DNA from: Phyllosticta citribraziliensis | Taxonomy: Eukaryota | Direction: 5' to 3' | Length of the DNA: 64,000 nucleotides | Assembly: GCF_038025025.1 (NCBI RefSeq) | Contig: NW_027117339.1 | Location: forward strand, 62,001 to 126,000 | Shown here: in pieces, positions 51,393 to 64,000 of the stretch | How the letters are laid out: each line of letters opens with the position of its first letter | How positions within the stretch are numbered: position 1 is the stretch's first letter | Notes under the pieces: model-generated | Database searches by the model: none | The model's input: the letters and a program-made list of their open reading frames with translations, nothing else | Told to the model about the DNA's origin: nothing | Translations under genes and position numbers: made by a program

Positions 51393-52676
51393 GGCGGTGC
51401 AAGTCCAACAAGAAACACCCCACCAACGCGCGCGCGCACGCTATACTGTACAACTGTGACTACTGCCTGTCCTGTACGCTCCAAAGAAGAAGAATCGAAA
51501 GAAGAAAGAAGAGCGAGAAAACGCCCGCTTCGCCGTCCGCGTCAAGCACGCAGGCAAGTCCGAAAAAACAACCAACAAGGATACTATGTCTTGCGTGTTT
51601 CAAGTGAACAGCAGCACGCAGCAGGCATGCACGCAGGCAGGCACGCAGACGACGGCGGCGGCGGCGGCGCAATGTCAGGCGGAGAAATGTGGCTGTTGAT
51701 TGCTACAGCGCGCCCTGCTCTGCCCTGTTGGCGCAATAAAGCGCGATCGATGTGGTGTGGCGTGGCGCAGCGTGGCGCCGCCGACGATGGATGGGTACGG
51801 TAATGACTGCGAGAGCGAGCAGCGAGCCAGCCAGGTCAGCGCGTGGTGGCGCCTCGCAGCAGCAGCCGCAGCTCGCTTCAGGTACGCTTGCTGACCAACA
51901 AGGCGGCGGATAAGGCTGGCAGGCGGGCAGACAGGCGGGCTGGTTGGTCGTGTGTGTCGTGTCGTGTGTGGGCTGAGAGCAGTACCAAGGAGCAACCTCA
52001 GCAGTAAGCCAGGGTAAGCGAGAAAACGGAAAAGGCAAAAAATCCACAATCAAGCACCAAAGCCAAAACGGCCTGGCCCGTTGCAATCTTGCCCGATCTC
52101 ATCACCCTTTTGATTTCCGAAGATGTGACGCGGCCAGATTGTCTGCGAGACCAGTTGGCCGGGCTTTTGGCTTGCGGGCTTGCGGGCTTGCGGGCTTTTT
52201 TGCTTTTATGCTCTCGATGCCTGTGCCGCTGTGTCCCGCGTCCACATCCCGTGCTATAGGCAGCTCGCTCCCGCGTCGACTGAGGATTGAGACCAGCCAA
52301 AGGATTAGCGTGCCACTTTTCAAGGAGCTTGGTATTTGCGCGTCAGGCTCTTTTTTTCGCTGTGCAGGAAAATCAAAACAAAAGTACAAACGCCCCACGC
52401 TGTTTCTCTTCAGCCGGGGATGCTCGCTCGCTCGCTGAATCCATGCAGTGCGGGTTGTGAAAACACCAGGCCGGAAAGTTCCGTAGCGAAACGCCTCAAA
52501 ACTCCGGTCGTATGCAGAAATGATGCGGTAGGAGATGTCGCTCGAGGGATGCGGGTGGTCTAGTTTGGAATGGAAGCGGATGTGCGTGGGCCGTGCGAGT
52601 CAGACACGACGTCGCGTGCACTCGAGTGTGCTCTGCGGTGTCCGGAATTCGGGAGTGCTCTGCCTTGTCCGTCTAG

Positions 52677-54089
52677 TCAGACGAGCGGCAGGCCCTTTTC
52701 TTCGCCGTCTTCAAAGACCTTCTTCTCCAGGCGTTGCGTCAGCTTGGCGCAGTAGCTGTCGACGTAGGTGGTCCACAGGTGAGCCACGGTATAGACCACG
52801 GCCAGCCAAATGGGGATTGCAATCGAAAACGTCAGGGTGCCGGGGCCTGGAAGCCAGTTGCCGATGATTTCGCCCTCCTCGTTGCGCACCTCTTCAAACG
52901 GCTCGCCGGATATGCCGTACAGCATCCAAACGAGAATGGTGCGGAGCAGGGTACCATGAGTCAGGTACACGGCGAAACTGTTCTTGCCCAACCACATGAA
53001 GTACTTGTTGCTGAGAATGTCCTTGGCGCCCGAAGAGAGGAAGAGGCCGAGGACAACAATGTCGAGGCCTAGAGCCGTGTAGCGGCGCGGCACGTCGCTG
53101 CCTTCGGGGAAGAGGGAGTGGGAGAATTCGAGAAGCTGGCGCGACCAGGTGAGCCATTCGGGGCCATCGACGGGGTACGAGGCAAAGTAGAGGCCCAGGA
53201 CGACGAGGAAGGGGGCCATGATGTTGAGCGGTGTCCTGTGTTTGGCCATGAAGGCCTGGCCGGCGGGGTGGAGGGAGAAGTCGCAAAGGATCATGGCAAA
53301 GTAGAGTTGTTGGTAAAAGGTTTCTGTGCTGCTGTTAGCTGGGTTTGAAGGGCGAGGTGTTGACACTCACCGACTAGCTCATGGCTGTCCTGGAAAAAGT
53401 AGCAAAACATGAGGACGTATGCGATGAGGCGGTACTTGTACTTGAGGAAAATGGTTGCGCTCAGGCCGACGTAGGCCAGCATCGACTCCTTGAGCAGAGG
53501 CAGCATGGCCCACTGGTGGTCGTCGTAGGGCATGAAGCCGTTGGTCCAGACGGAGCGGAAGGCTTCCCAGAGATCGTATACGGCGCCCCACAGAGACTCG
53601 GCGGCGCGCGGGCTGGCCTCTCTGATCCAGACCTGGTCGGTGCGGTGGGCGACGTTGAAGGCGCCGATTTGGGCCAGGAACCAGGCGATTGCCATGGCGA
53701 TGGTGGAGGGCAGGATGAGCCTAGGCAGACGGCGAAAGGCCGACTTTGCAATGGCGGACAGGGCCTCGTCATACTGGCCGCCGCGAGCCAGGCGTAGGGG
53801 TTTCAGGGCGCAGACGAATCCGGTCAGGAATCCGAAGATGGTGACACCGATGCGGCCTTGCGGCAGGACGCGGAAAAATGGCATCTGGAGCAGTCGCGGG
53901 GGTGCGCCCTCGACATCGGCGGCGAGGAAGGCTTCAAAGTACCATGCGCGGCAGAGGTGGGTGATGATGACGCTGAAGGAGGCGATTCCGCGCAGGCCCT
54001 GGTGGTGTTAGTGGTGGGGGTGGGGGTGGAGGTGGAGGTGGGAGGGGACAAAGTACCTCGACCCATTTGACGTTTTTCTCATTGCCCAT
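52677..54089 (-). CDS. Membrane O-acyltransferase (acyltransferase-3 / OafA-like), 3 exons
   Basis: KWVE|GLRGIASFSVIITH, GRIGVTIFGFLTGFV, SAFRRLPRL..P, YDDHQWAM, WLGKNSFAVYLTHG; multiple TM segments. Introns ~54056-53999 and ~53370-53324. Confidence 0.87.
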
Positions 54090-55252
54090 GGCTAGGTTGA
54101 AGCCTCATCCAGCGAGGACCGATGTGGTGGTGGAGATGTTGTGGTATGCAAGGTGGTGGTCAAGGAGGGTCGCCAATCAGTGGGAGGATGGGCCGATGGT
54201 CCTGGGTGCTGTAGGTACTGTAGGGTGGATGGAGAAGCAGCAGCTGGAGGAGAGAGGATAGGACGCAACGGCGGGGAGGGTGGCTGGATAAAGTAGGCAG
54301 AGGACGAGGAGTGGTGGAACAAAAGGAAGGAAGAAGATGTGAAGTGAGAAGAGAGACGGAGACGGAGACGGAGACGAAGCGGCTACGACCCAAGACACTG
54401 GAGAGCGACAAGGGAAGGGCAGGGTATCGGCTTGGCAGGGCCTTGGCGGCGTCTGCCCTGGAACAGCGACCACCAGGAGAGCGCCATTCCCGACGCCAGC
54501 TGACGGCCCTTTTGTTCCTCCAAGCACGCACTTGGTGCCCGCCGACCCATGTCTGCGCCCACTCTTGTCCCTCTCCGCCGCCCATGACGCACTTGTTCGG
54601 CGTCGACTTCCGCTCCTCGTATGCCGCCTCCATCACCCATCAACCAGCTTCCGCGCTGCCGTCTTGGCCCAATTCCCCTCGTTCGTACGGCTGCTCGTCT
54701 CGCCCCCTTTCCGTCTCCTTTTCCCTCGCTTGTCCCACTCCTAGGGGGCCCAACGCCATTTCGTGCCATACCCATCTCGCCCGGCCCACTTCTGATCTTC
54801 GTCGCCCGGCGCTGCTCGAGATTCTGAAATTGAAATCTGATAACTAGATGAATTCCATGGCGAGCTCGCCATCGCCGCGCCCGCATTGCGCCACGTCCTC
54901 GCCTGCTGGTTGGCTGCTGGGCCCCCTGAAATGGCTTCGGTTGTGATGGGCTGCAGGACAGGCCAGGACAGCACATATTTTTGGCAGACGACCAATCCCT
55001 CGCACCCGAAACCACTTCAAACATGGCAAGACGCCTCCAAGCCTCGCTGAAACAACCTCTTTGCACCTCGACAGTATGCATACTCGTCGTGACTTTCAAT
55101 TCCTCGCCCATTCTCGACGCCCCCCTCCCCCCGCTCGAGCCAACCATGCAGCCTTTAACCGTAAACGTAACCTTGCGCCATAACCGCTGCTAATCGCGAC
55201 CACCGCCCATCCATTTCTCTGTGCTCTCCCTCTCCATTGCCAGCTTTCCATC

Positions 55253-56527
55253 ATGACCTCGTCGTCGTCGTCCTCCTCCAACCGACTGCAGAACAAGGCC
55301 GCCCTCATCACCGGCGCTTCGTCCGGCCTGGGTCGTGCCATTGCCCTTGCCTATGCCGCCGAGGGCGCCCGCGTCGCCTGCGTCGACCTGTTTCCAACCC
55401 CGCGCGATGCCACGCTGAACCAAGCGACGGGCAAAGCCCACATGTACGACCGGCGCGCCGACGACGGCATGCACACGCACGAGCTGCTGCGCTCGCGGCA
55501 CCCGCGCAGCGACGCCATGTTCGTGCAGGCCGACCTGACCAAGGCCGCCGACGTCGAGGCCGCCGTGGCCCGCGTCGTCGCGCGCTTCGGCCGGCTCGAC
55601 GTGCTGGTCAACAACGCCGGCATCAGCGTCGAGAGCTCCCACGAGCGCGTCACGCGCTGCCACGACACGTCCGAGGCCGACTGGGACAAGACGCTGGCCA
55701 TCAACACCAAGGGCGTCTTCCTGGGCTGCAAGTACGGCATCGCCCAGATGCTCAAGCAGCCGCCGCCTCCTCTGCCGCTAGCGGGCCCCGACGGCCACGC
55801 GGACGACCACCAACAACCCCCGGACCGGGGCTTCATTGTCAACACGGCGAGCATTCAGGGCTTGGTAGCCTATTACGGCACGCGTGAGTAACCCACCTTT
55901 GTCGTTGGCGCGTTCCCAATCCGGGGATACCAAGTCATCTATCCAGAGGCGGCGGCGGCGGTGGATGTATACTGCTGCTGCGTGTACGAAACAAAACACA
56001 CTGACGCGGAGGACGCACCGCACGACGAATGCAGCCGCCTACTGCGCTTCCAAAGGCGCCGTCGTCCAGCTGACCAAGCAGATTGCCCTCGACTACGCCA
56101 AAGACCGCATCCACTGCAACGCGCTGTGCCCGGGCTGTGAGTGGGATTGTTTCTTTCTTTCCTTCTCTCTTACCCTGCCTTCTCCTATCGTGTCCATCCT
56201 GGTAGTCGGCTAGTTCTTTGCTCTGGGTGGATGCCCCTTGGGGTTTTTGCTTCTTCGTCTGCCAACCTACCCTACCCCTGCCTGCACATCCCGACCCCGC
56301 GTGCCCCGGCGCCGCCTTGATCGCGCCGTGGAGCCCAGCCCAGCCCAGCCCAGGAACCAAGGCACAGCTGGCGAGGCGGACACCTGGTCCTGTCCTGGGG
56401 CATGCATGCACGCATGCACGTCCCGTCCCTTCATCATCAGACATCGACACCGAGCAATGTCATTTCTCCGTCCGTCCACTCATCCAAGGAAGAACACCAC
56501 ACCCTCTAATCTCGCGCCATCACTTCC

Positions 56528-56558
<31 letters not shown>

Positions 56559-56798
56559 CTTGCCCCCTCCCCCTCAAACAGCCTTATAACACCTACCGGC
56601 ACAGTCCTCCACACCCCCATGACGCTCAACCACCAAGACGCCGGCCCCGCCCAGGCCGCCGTCGACGCGGCGCACCCGCTCGGCGGCATGGGCTGCGCCG
56701 ACGACGTCGCCCGCGTCGCCGTGTTCCTCGCCAGCAGCGATGCCCGCTGGGTTACGGGGCACCCCATGGTTGTGGATGGGGGGTATACTATTGTTTAG
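55253..56798 (+). CDS. Classical short-chain dehydrogenase/reductase, 3 exons (introns 55884-56034 and 56137-56604)
   Basis: LITGASSGLGRAIA, LVNNAGI, IVNTASIQG, catalytic YCASK, CNALCPG, FLASSDARWVTG...VDGGYT. Confidence 0.92.
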
Positions 56799-57458
56799 TG
56801 TGAGTGGTAAGGGGGGGGGATGAAAAATAGGTGGGGAGGGGAGGGGAGGTGAGTGAGTTTTGCTTTGCTTCACTTTGCTTTGGCGTTGCGGGATGGCGAT
56901 GGCGATGGTGATGCCGTGGTGTCTGTCTGTCTGTCCCTCGTGCTGTGTGCTTTGCTTGTGCTTCACTCTGTCTGTCTGGCTGTATCCCCACACTCCTACA
57001 GTCCTACTGCTCCTGCCACGCATGTCCATCATTTCGTCGCTGCTGCTGCTGCTGCGCTCTAAAGGCAACGGAGGGAAAGGAAGAAAAGGTCCCAAATTGA
57101 TCAGAGCGGTAAAGTTGAGCCACAGATTGAGGACAGGTATCAACTCGTTTCGTCTTGGCTTCTTGTGATTTCTCCTTCTAGGTGCTCTTGGCGAGGTTAG
57201 AAAACTTGTTATATCTACTGTACGCTATCTTGCGCTCCTTTCTCCCCCGATGCTTTCTACCTTCCGCTGAACAGCACGGGTGCTCTCCACGTCCACTCGT
57301 CAATCCATCCATCTGCCGCAAAGCCATCATCGACAGGGAAGCGAATACTTACCTTGGGCAAACACTGCAAGCAAGAGAGCAAGCAAGCAAGCTACACATC
57401 CCCTTCCCCTTTCCTCAACACTTCACTCACCCACTTCCACTCCCTCCCGTGCCCACAC

Positions 57459-59657
57459 CTAAAACCCACCCCACACCCTGCCCCAGCGGTCCACCTCGCC
57501 ATACGCCGCCGACGCACACCACATGTCGTCACCAGCCGCATACCGCGCGAGGGGAAGCGAGTAAGGGAGACGCAGCCCGACGAGCACGTTGACAGGACCT
57601 TTGGGCTGATGCTTTCCTCTCTCTTTTTCCTTTGCTTTGCCTTTTCCCTTTGCCTTTGTTTCGTTCGTTTGCTCTTGGTCTTGGTCGTGGAGACTGCTGG
57701 CGTGTTGCACCGCCAGGGGACGGTCGGCGGAAAAGACTGGCGTCATGATGGCTGCGCCACTCTCGTTGCTGTTGTTGTCGTTTTCTCCAGGAGCAGCAGC
57801 AGCAGCAGCAAACAGACCCGACCACACACACACGCCGACCTCCCAGCTGCAGATGCGGACGTCGCTGCCACCATCACCCTCACCACTGTTCGTCGTCTTT
57901 TTCTTTCCACTGCCGGCAGAGTTAGGTTGAGTAGCCAGCGCGCCCCACGCTTGCGTCGACAGATTCGCCGACGTCAGGAGCGCCCACTCGACGCCGACGA
58001 CATCGTCTGTGTTCGCCCTCTCGTCGACACGCCGCGAGAAGCGGACGTACGTCTTGACGTGCGGCGCAGCGAGGCCGCGCTGGGCGTCGCCCCAGCCGCT
58101 CGTTTGACGAGATGTCTGCTGCTGCTGGCCCGGAGACGCCGCGCCATCCCAGCGGCAGATATAGGGGCGAAGATAGTCAGCCTGCTTCCTCTGCGTGGCA
58201 TTAGCCTGCGTCTTCGTATGGATAGAGCCGCCCGAGGCGTAGCCGTCGAGGGAGCGGCGGATCTCGGCCGGCGTGGGGAAGACGATGCGGAGGGGCGGCT
58301 TGTCGGCGTCTGCTGGCCGGGCAGCAGGACTGCTTGAGTTGGCTGACGACGATGGCGATGAGGAGGCGGCTGGTGTGGAGAGGACGCCGTGAAAGTGCTG
58401 CAGCCATTTGTCTGTTGCGCCGAGGCTGGCGATGGACGAGACTTGCGCGACCACCATGCCTTTGCCTTGGTTGTCTTCTTCTCTTGCTGCGCCTGTTGCT
58501 TTGGCGGAGTGGCTTTCAGGCCGCGCGGCGAGCACTTGTTGCAGTCCGACCCAGCCCCATGCCGTTCTGCGCGCTGCATCGCACTCGTTCAGTTTGACGC
58601 GCCCCGGCACGCTCGCCACGAGCGCAGCGCGCACGCTGCGGAAATCATGGCGCGCAATTCGATTAGCCAGCGGTCGAAGTCTAGCCCCATACGCCGAAAG
58701 GTACGCGTTCAGATCAGACCCAAAGCGCGGGCCAGACCCAATGGGATACCTCTGCTGGGATTCCGCGGAATTCGACAATGAAGTTGAGGAGTCGGGGAGC
58801 AGAGGTAGCAGTGGCGAGCGCCAGACCGCTTGCGTCATATTGGCCCAGTCCTGTGGAATCATGTTGGCCGTGTGGATGACGACCTGCGCCGTGTCATCGG
58901 CACGGAAGTGAATCAGCATCTTGGAGTGGTGGGTGCCAAAAGGCTCGGGCATATATGCCGTGATGACTTCAAGATTGGGGTATTGCTGAGCCCACACCTT
59001 TCAAAGTGTCAGCCAGGTCATGACTGAGACCCCATGGGACTCGTGGCGGAATTTGAAGAAGCGTGGGGGAGTAGATATTCCTCACCTCCATCCTCATCCT
59101 CTGCGGGTCCTCGCGCTTCCAGTTGCCGTGCACGACTTTGACTTGCGTCAAGGTCCGCGTGTCTGGATCCAAACAACTCCTAGCCAGTATCGTCAGTTTC
59201 GCCATCTCAGCGACAAGATGTTCTTCAAGCGATCGTACATGAGCCAGTCGACATCAAACATGTAGTTGAACACCCACGTCTCGGTGATTAGCGGATCGCG
59301 GAGTACGTTCTCAATGCCAACCGCATCGACATTGGCGGACGCAGGCAGGTCGCGGATGCGCGTGAGTTGAAACGGTGAGGGGACAGTTTGGGCCGTCTCC
59401 GCTGGCTTTCCATCGTTTGCCGGGGAAGTAGACGTTGTGTCGATTCGTTGTGGTGCCTCCGCCTCTGTCGCCGGTGGTGATGCCGCTTGCCGTCTTGCGG
59501 GCGGACTGACGCTGCGGTGCAAGCTCGCAATGCCACGACGCAGGCGCCGCGCTTCGGATGCGGCTGATTCGGGGCCCTCAGGCTCGACGCGACGCCTTTT
59601 GGGCGCTGGCGCATCTTGCGGAGATGCAGCGCCGGGATGCGCGGGATTTGAAGACAT
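57459..59657 (-). CDS. TDP1: Tyrosyl-DNA phosphodiesterase 1, 3 exons (introns 59238-59180 and 59085-58998)
   Basis: SPFQLTRIRDL, FNYMFDVDWLM, both catalytic HxK motifs (FGTHHSKM..HTAN; APHVKTY..LTSANLS.QAWG), QVSSIASLG, SWEVGV. Confidence 0.94.
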
Positions 59658-61266
59658 GGCGGTTGTGCTGGTGTCGGAGAGTCGACAGGCTAGTTGGCGT
59701 TTGACGAGCAGGAAAGGGAAGGGAAACTGAAAGCGATGGGTCCGCGGAGAGACTGGTGACTTTTCTGGGTGGTGACGGGAGTCAGAAAATGAGCGAAGGA
59801 AGGAAGGAAGGAACTGAAGGAAGGTCGACAAACGAAGACGAAGATGAAGCTGAAGCCCAAACAGGACAGGACGTCAAAAACACGAAATTAGCATGGCAAC
59901 AACAAAACACACAGCATCTCGAGCAAATCGTCTCTCTTTGTGGTCACACCCTCTGCAGTCCCCCTCTCAATGACCCATCGACACCATCAACCTGGCCAAC
60001 GCGCGATTCCTGTCCTAGCAAGAACAACCACAACCACCTCTTGACAGAGAAACAAAAACAGCGACGGACGACGAGAAAAAGGAAAAGCGACCAATCCCAT
60101 GTGTGCTCGCCTGCTGCTCCACGACATGTGCGTCCCCATTCTCTCCCTCTCGCGGGCACACGACGCCTCAGAGACTACCTTCCTACCTACCACCCGGTGC
60201 GCGGCGTGAAATGCCAAAGGACGTCAGACCACACACACACCCGACATAACTTAGCTGCCTGAGGTGTCCGGCCATACCGTACCGTACACGCGCAACTGGA
60301 GTAGCCACGTGCATCGAGCCCTGCCCAGGAAGGCCCTGAAAGTACCAGGTCTCGCCCTCGCCCTTCTTCCCCCCCCCCCCTCTTCCCCGATCCAAGATCC
60401 CCTCGACCCCAGTCCAGTCCGGCGCCACGAAAAAGAGAGATAAGAAAAAGGTTGAGAATGACGTACACCCCTTCCCTTCGTCGTCGAGTCGTCACCGTTT
60501 GCATGCAGCAAGGCGCCTAGGGTAGGTGATCGGTTGGGAAAAGCAATCAAGCGCGCAATCAAGGTCGCAGGCAGCTGAGAAGGTACGGTAGGTAGTTGAG
60601 CAAGCCACCGGGACAAAGAGCCAGCGAATGAGAGGGCAGCGAGCGAGCGAACCACCTACATCGGTACGGTACAGGTGCCGTGCGTGTAGTGGTCGGTGGC
60701 GGCGGGCGGCGGCATAACAAATCGTGGACGAAGGAGGATGAAGGATGCCGTCCGTCCGTCCGTCCGCCCGCCCGCCACCTGAGGTACCTAGGTACCTATA
60801 CTGCCTAACCTTGGTTAGCTGCGGGAGCGAGCCTGTGTGCACTACCTACGACCTTAATGGCACGTCAGGGACCGACCAACATTTCATAAATTCCACAATG
60901 GTGAATTCTGGTACTCATAGGGCCAAATCATCTGTCTGCACTAGTCAAAGGGACCGTGTCATATCGCATACGTCATTCATCATTTGCAATCTGAGCAACA
61001 ATTTCATGTCCAATTCAGAAGAGAAAGAACTTGTTCTTGTGGTAGCAATCATCACAAAACAGTCGCTGATTCTCGAGTCGTCAAGAAACAAAAAAGAAAA
61101 AAATATATCAAGAGAGACTTCTTCCCTCGCCCCGTTGTAACGCCTCATGGTGACTCTTGGTCGAGTCCCGCCTGGATCCCTGAAAAAAGCAAGAACCTCA
61201 TACCCCGCCCGTGTGATTGATGAGAGAACAATCTATGAATTTGCAAAACCCCACTTTTTGAACGAC

Positions 61267-62764
61267 TTATGCCGCGCCAGCGCTGACCATGGGCCGTGAA
61301 ATCCGAGTGGGCTGCTCGCCCGCACGGACGATGCGGTTGCCATAGTCGTCCTTGATGTACGCGCTGTCCTTGTTTTCGCGATTGGCCCGCTTCCAAATCT
61401 CGACCTCGCAACCGCCGCGGATGACGCCGATGCGCATCGTCGACAACAAGTTGTGGGCCGCGTTGGAGTGGTCGTACACACCGCCGTTGAACATGGCGGT
61501 GGCGTCCTTGCCGAGACCGGAGCGGATCATGGCTTTGCCACCGGGGTGGTCCTGAATGAAATCGGTGATGTCGTGAACAACGCCGGCGACGGCAATGAGG
61601 CCACGGCCATTCTTGGTCTGGTCAACGTAGTCGTCCCACTCCATGACGGGGAGCTGGTCGAGGGGCACGCCCCAGTCGAGCTTGGTGCGCTTCTGGTCGA
61701 GCTTCTTCTGAGCCTGCTGGATGCGACCCTTTTCGATTTCATTGGCACGGAACTGCTTGAGGTCGTAGGCAAGGCCGAGCTGCTTCCAGGACCAGATGCA
61801 CCACTTGGTGGGGTCGTACTGGAACCACTCGATGGCGTTGCGGTAGTCGCTGGGGAACTCGTGGTGGAAGTTGTGGTATCCCTCACCGAGGGTGACGAGA
61901 GCGGTGATGACGTGGTCACGGGGAGAGTTGCGGTCGTCAAAGGGCTGGTCGCCGAGCCAGTGGGCCAGAGAGTTGACGCAGAAGGTGGCCTGCTGGACGA
62001 AAAAGGTGCGCAGGATACCGGCGTAGATGAATCCACCCCACCAGTCACCCCAGCCAAGACCAGAAACCAGGGTGGGAAAGATGAGACTCATGAAGATGAC
62101 GACCTTGATGTAGTGGCGGTGCTGCCAGACAACGACGGGGTCATCGTTCAAGTCGGAGATGTCGGTCCTGCCAATACGCTTGGGGTTTTGCTTCATGACC
62201 ATCCAACCAAGGTGAGAGTACAACAGACCCCTGGAGCCGTTAGCTTCATGGTGCAACGCTGGTGATGTGGGAGAAAACATACTTGCGGACGGAGTAGGGG
62301 TCCTTGTCGGTGTCGGTGTAACGGTGGTGAGCACGGTGGTCCCTGGACCACCATCTGATGGAGCCCTCGACGGCGCCGCCACCAACGGCAGCGAGGAAAA
62401 TCTTGAGGGGAAGCGAGGCCTTGTAGGAGCTGTGGGCCCAGAGACGGTGGTAGCCAGCAGTGATGCCAAGACCGGTCCAGTAGTAGTAGATGATGGACCA
62501 AACGAGCGTCTTGAGGCAGAGAGGAGTCCAGAGGGCGACCAAGAGACCGGTCAAGGGAACACCGCCGATGAAGGTGACATTGAGCCAGTTGACGTGCTGA
62601 TACCAGTTTTCCCAAGTGATGGGGTAGTCGGTGATGTGCTTTTTGGTCGGGTCGTACTTGGGGTTGCGATTTGGCTCCGAGGGCTTGGCCATGGGCGAGG
62701 GCTGGGTGGAAGAGAATTCAGGCTTGATGGCCTGCTCGCCGGCGACGGCCTGGTGGGAGGGCAT
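61267..62764 (-). CDS. OLE1: Delta-9 acyl-CoA desaturase with C-terminal cytochrome b5 domain, 2 exons (intron 62282-62231)
   Basis: His boxes [15 protein letters not shown] and GEGYHNFHH; b5 HPGG motif. Confidence 0.97.
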
Positions 62765-64000
62765 GTTGTGGAGAAGCAGCAGCTGTCGAAGCTGGCGGGG
62801 GCGAGAAGTTGAGGACGGGCCCAGGTAGAGGTGTGTTGGTGAAAGGCGGGCGACGGGGGAGAGAAAAAGGGTCGCTGGGGAGGGGATTGGAAGGGAGGGG
62901 AGAGGGAGGGCGAGCAAGTGCTTTTGAGCGGCATCAGTCAATGACAGAAGAGATGGGTGGTGTGTTTGCAGTTCCCCGGTTTGGTTTGCCCCAACCCCAA
63001 CCGCCGAGACGAAGCCGGGATGCAACTTCTCAACGGAATTGGCGCACGGACCACTACTCGTCCTCCATCGCTCCAGGTCCGGCTCTCTCTCCCGTCCACC
63101 ACTACTGTACCTATGTACCATCACCACCACCACCACCACTACATCACCGATATGCGCCGACGTCTGCTCCATTCTCCTCACTCGGCCGATATCCACCCAG
63201 CTTCCAGCCATCCACCGGCACCCATTGGATTCCTCCCCGCCCGCCACCCACGGCACCTCTCAGCCCTCAGCCCTCACCTCAGCCCTACGCCCGGCCATAT
63301 GCACATGTCCCTGTCACTCGTACCCGACCTCGGCTGACGCTACAAATGTACAACATGTTGTTGAGATCCATACGCCGTACTCTCTGCTTCACATGGCTTG
63401 CAACACACGCCTTCCGACTGGTCCGCTACACTTTCCAACGGCCGAATGCGCCACGCCACACCCACGACTCTCGTCCACTCCTCAACCACATGCAACCTTG
63501 CCCATCATCTGCCCGCCACCTGATACGGACGACCACTTGGTTGGAACTTGGAGTGTGTAGGCAAAGTCACAGCGACTTGATACTTGCACATGCTGCTACC
63601 CCGTCCCAAAATGCCGGGTCCTGTCCGAAGCCTCCCGACTCCGAAACGGTTGAACTGGAGGCTGGCTTGGCTGCTCCAGCTTGACCTCGTGTGCTACCAT
63701 CGACACTCTACATGACCACCTGTCCCTCCTGTGAAATCACGCTCAACCTCTCTTGCAATGCTCGTGCCCTCGCTCCTTGCGCCGTCGCGCCATCGTGGCA
63801 ATGGTCACGGCGGCGGCAACGGCACGGGACGCCCCAGCCAGCCTGCGGTCCGTCACGCTGTCGCCCCCTTCGACCGAAGCAAAATTCGACGGCCCAACGG
63901 CAACAAGAAACGTAGCCTTGACCACTCTATTCCAACCTCCGGCCGAGAGTGAGACTTGTCAAAACCGTCCATGACGCCTTTTATCAACAAAAACAGCATC

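Noticed and set aside
61453..62812. Long + strand ORFs antisense to OLE1 (and similar ones opposite FOX2, HRQ1, TDP1 and the MOSC gene)
   Set aside because: Shadow ORFs expected from strong codon bias in GC-rich genes; no independent motifs.
1..64000. Transposons, rRNA, tRNA, CRISPR arrays or a secondary-metabolite backbone gene
   Set aside because: No transposase or RT motifs, terminal repeats, RIP-like AT-rich blocks, PKS/NRPS or RNA-gene signatures seen by eye.

Overview
Intron-containing, GC-rich, microsatellite-dense DNA from a filamentous ascomycete (Pezizomycotina; Dothideomycete-like is my inference from protein style). I can support 17 protein-coding genes, with exons assembled by hand from splice signals: creA, a small ACBP-like gene, FOX2/foxA, a TDA10-like P-loop kinase, a LaeA-like methyltransferase, a secreted GDSL/CE16 esterase, an RlpA/expansin-like protein, a MOSC protein, a RAD55-like Rad51 paralog, HRQ1, ORC4, an EthD-family protein, an acyltransferase-3, an SDR, TDP1 and OLE1, plus one weak hypothetical locus. 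Two features stand out. (1) The ORF-free interval ~20150-22205 (+) can fold into a nested, end-to-end paired ~2 kb RNA. It carries a CCCUAACC template-like motif, a candidate pseudoknot with U-A-U triple potential and a 3' U-tract followed by a 5' splice site, so it is a candidate unannotated telomerase RNA. (2) FOX2 intron 4, located at the dehydrogenase/hydratase boundary, reads G-K-S-K-L-stop if retained, predicting a dehydrogenase-only isoform with its own PTS1. Smaller observations: a UGA-CUA-G readthrough context, a GC-AG in-frame intron, several AAG acceptors and a cluster of genome-maintenance genes. All calls are by eye; no database search or folding program was run.
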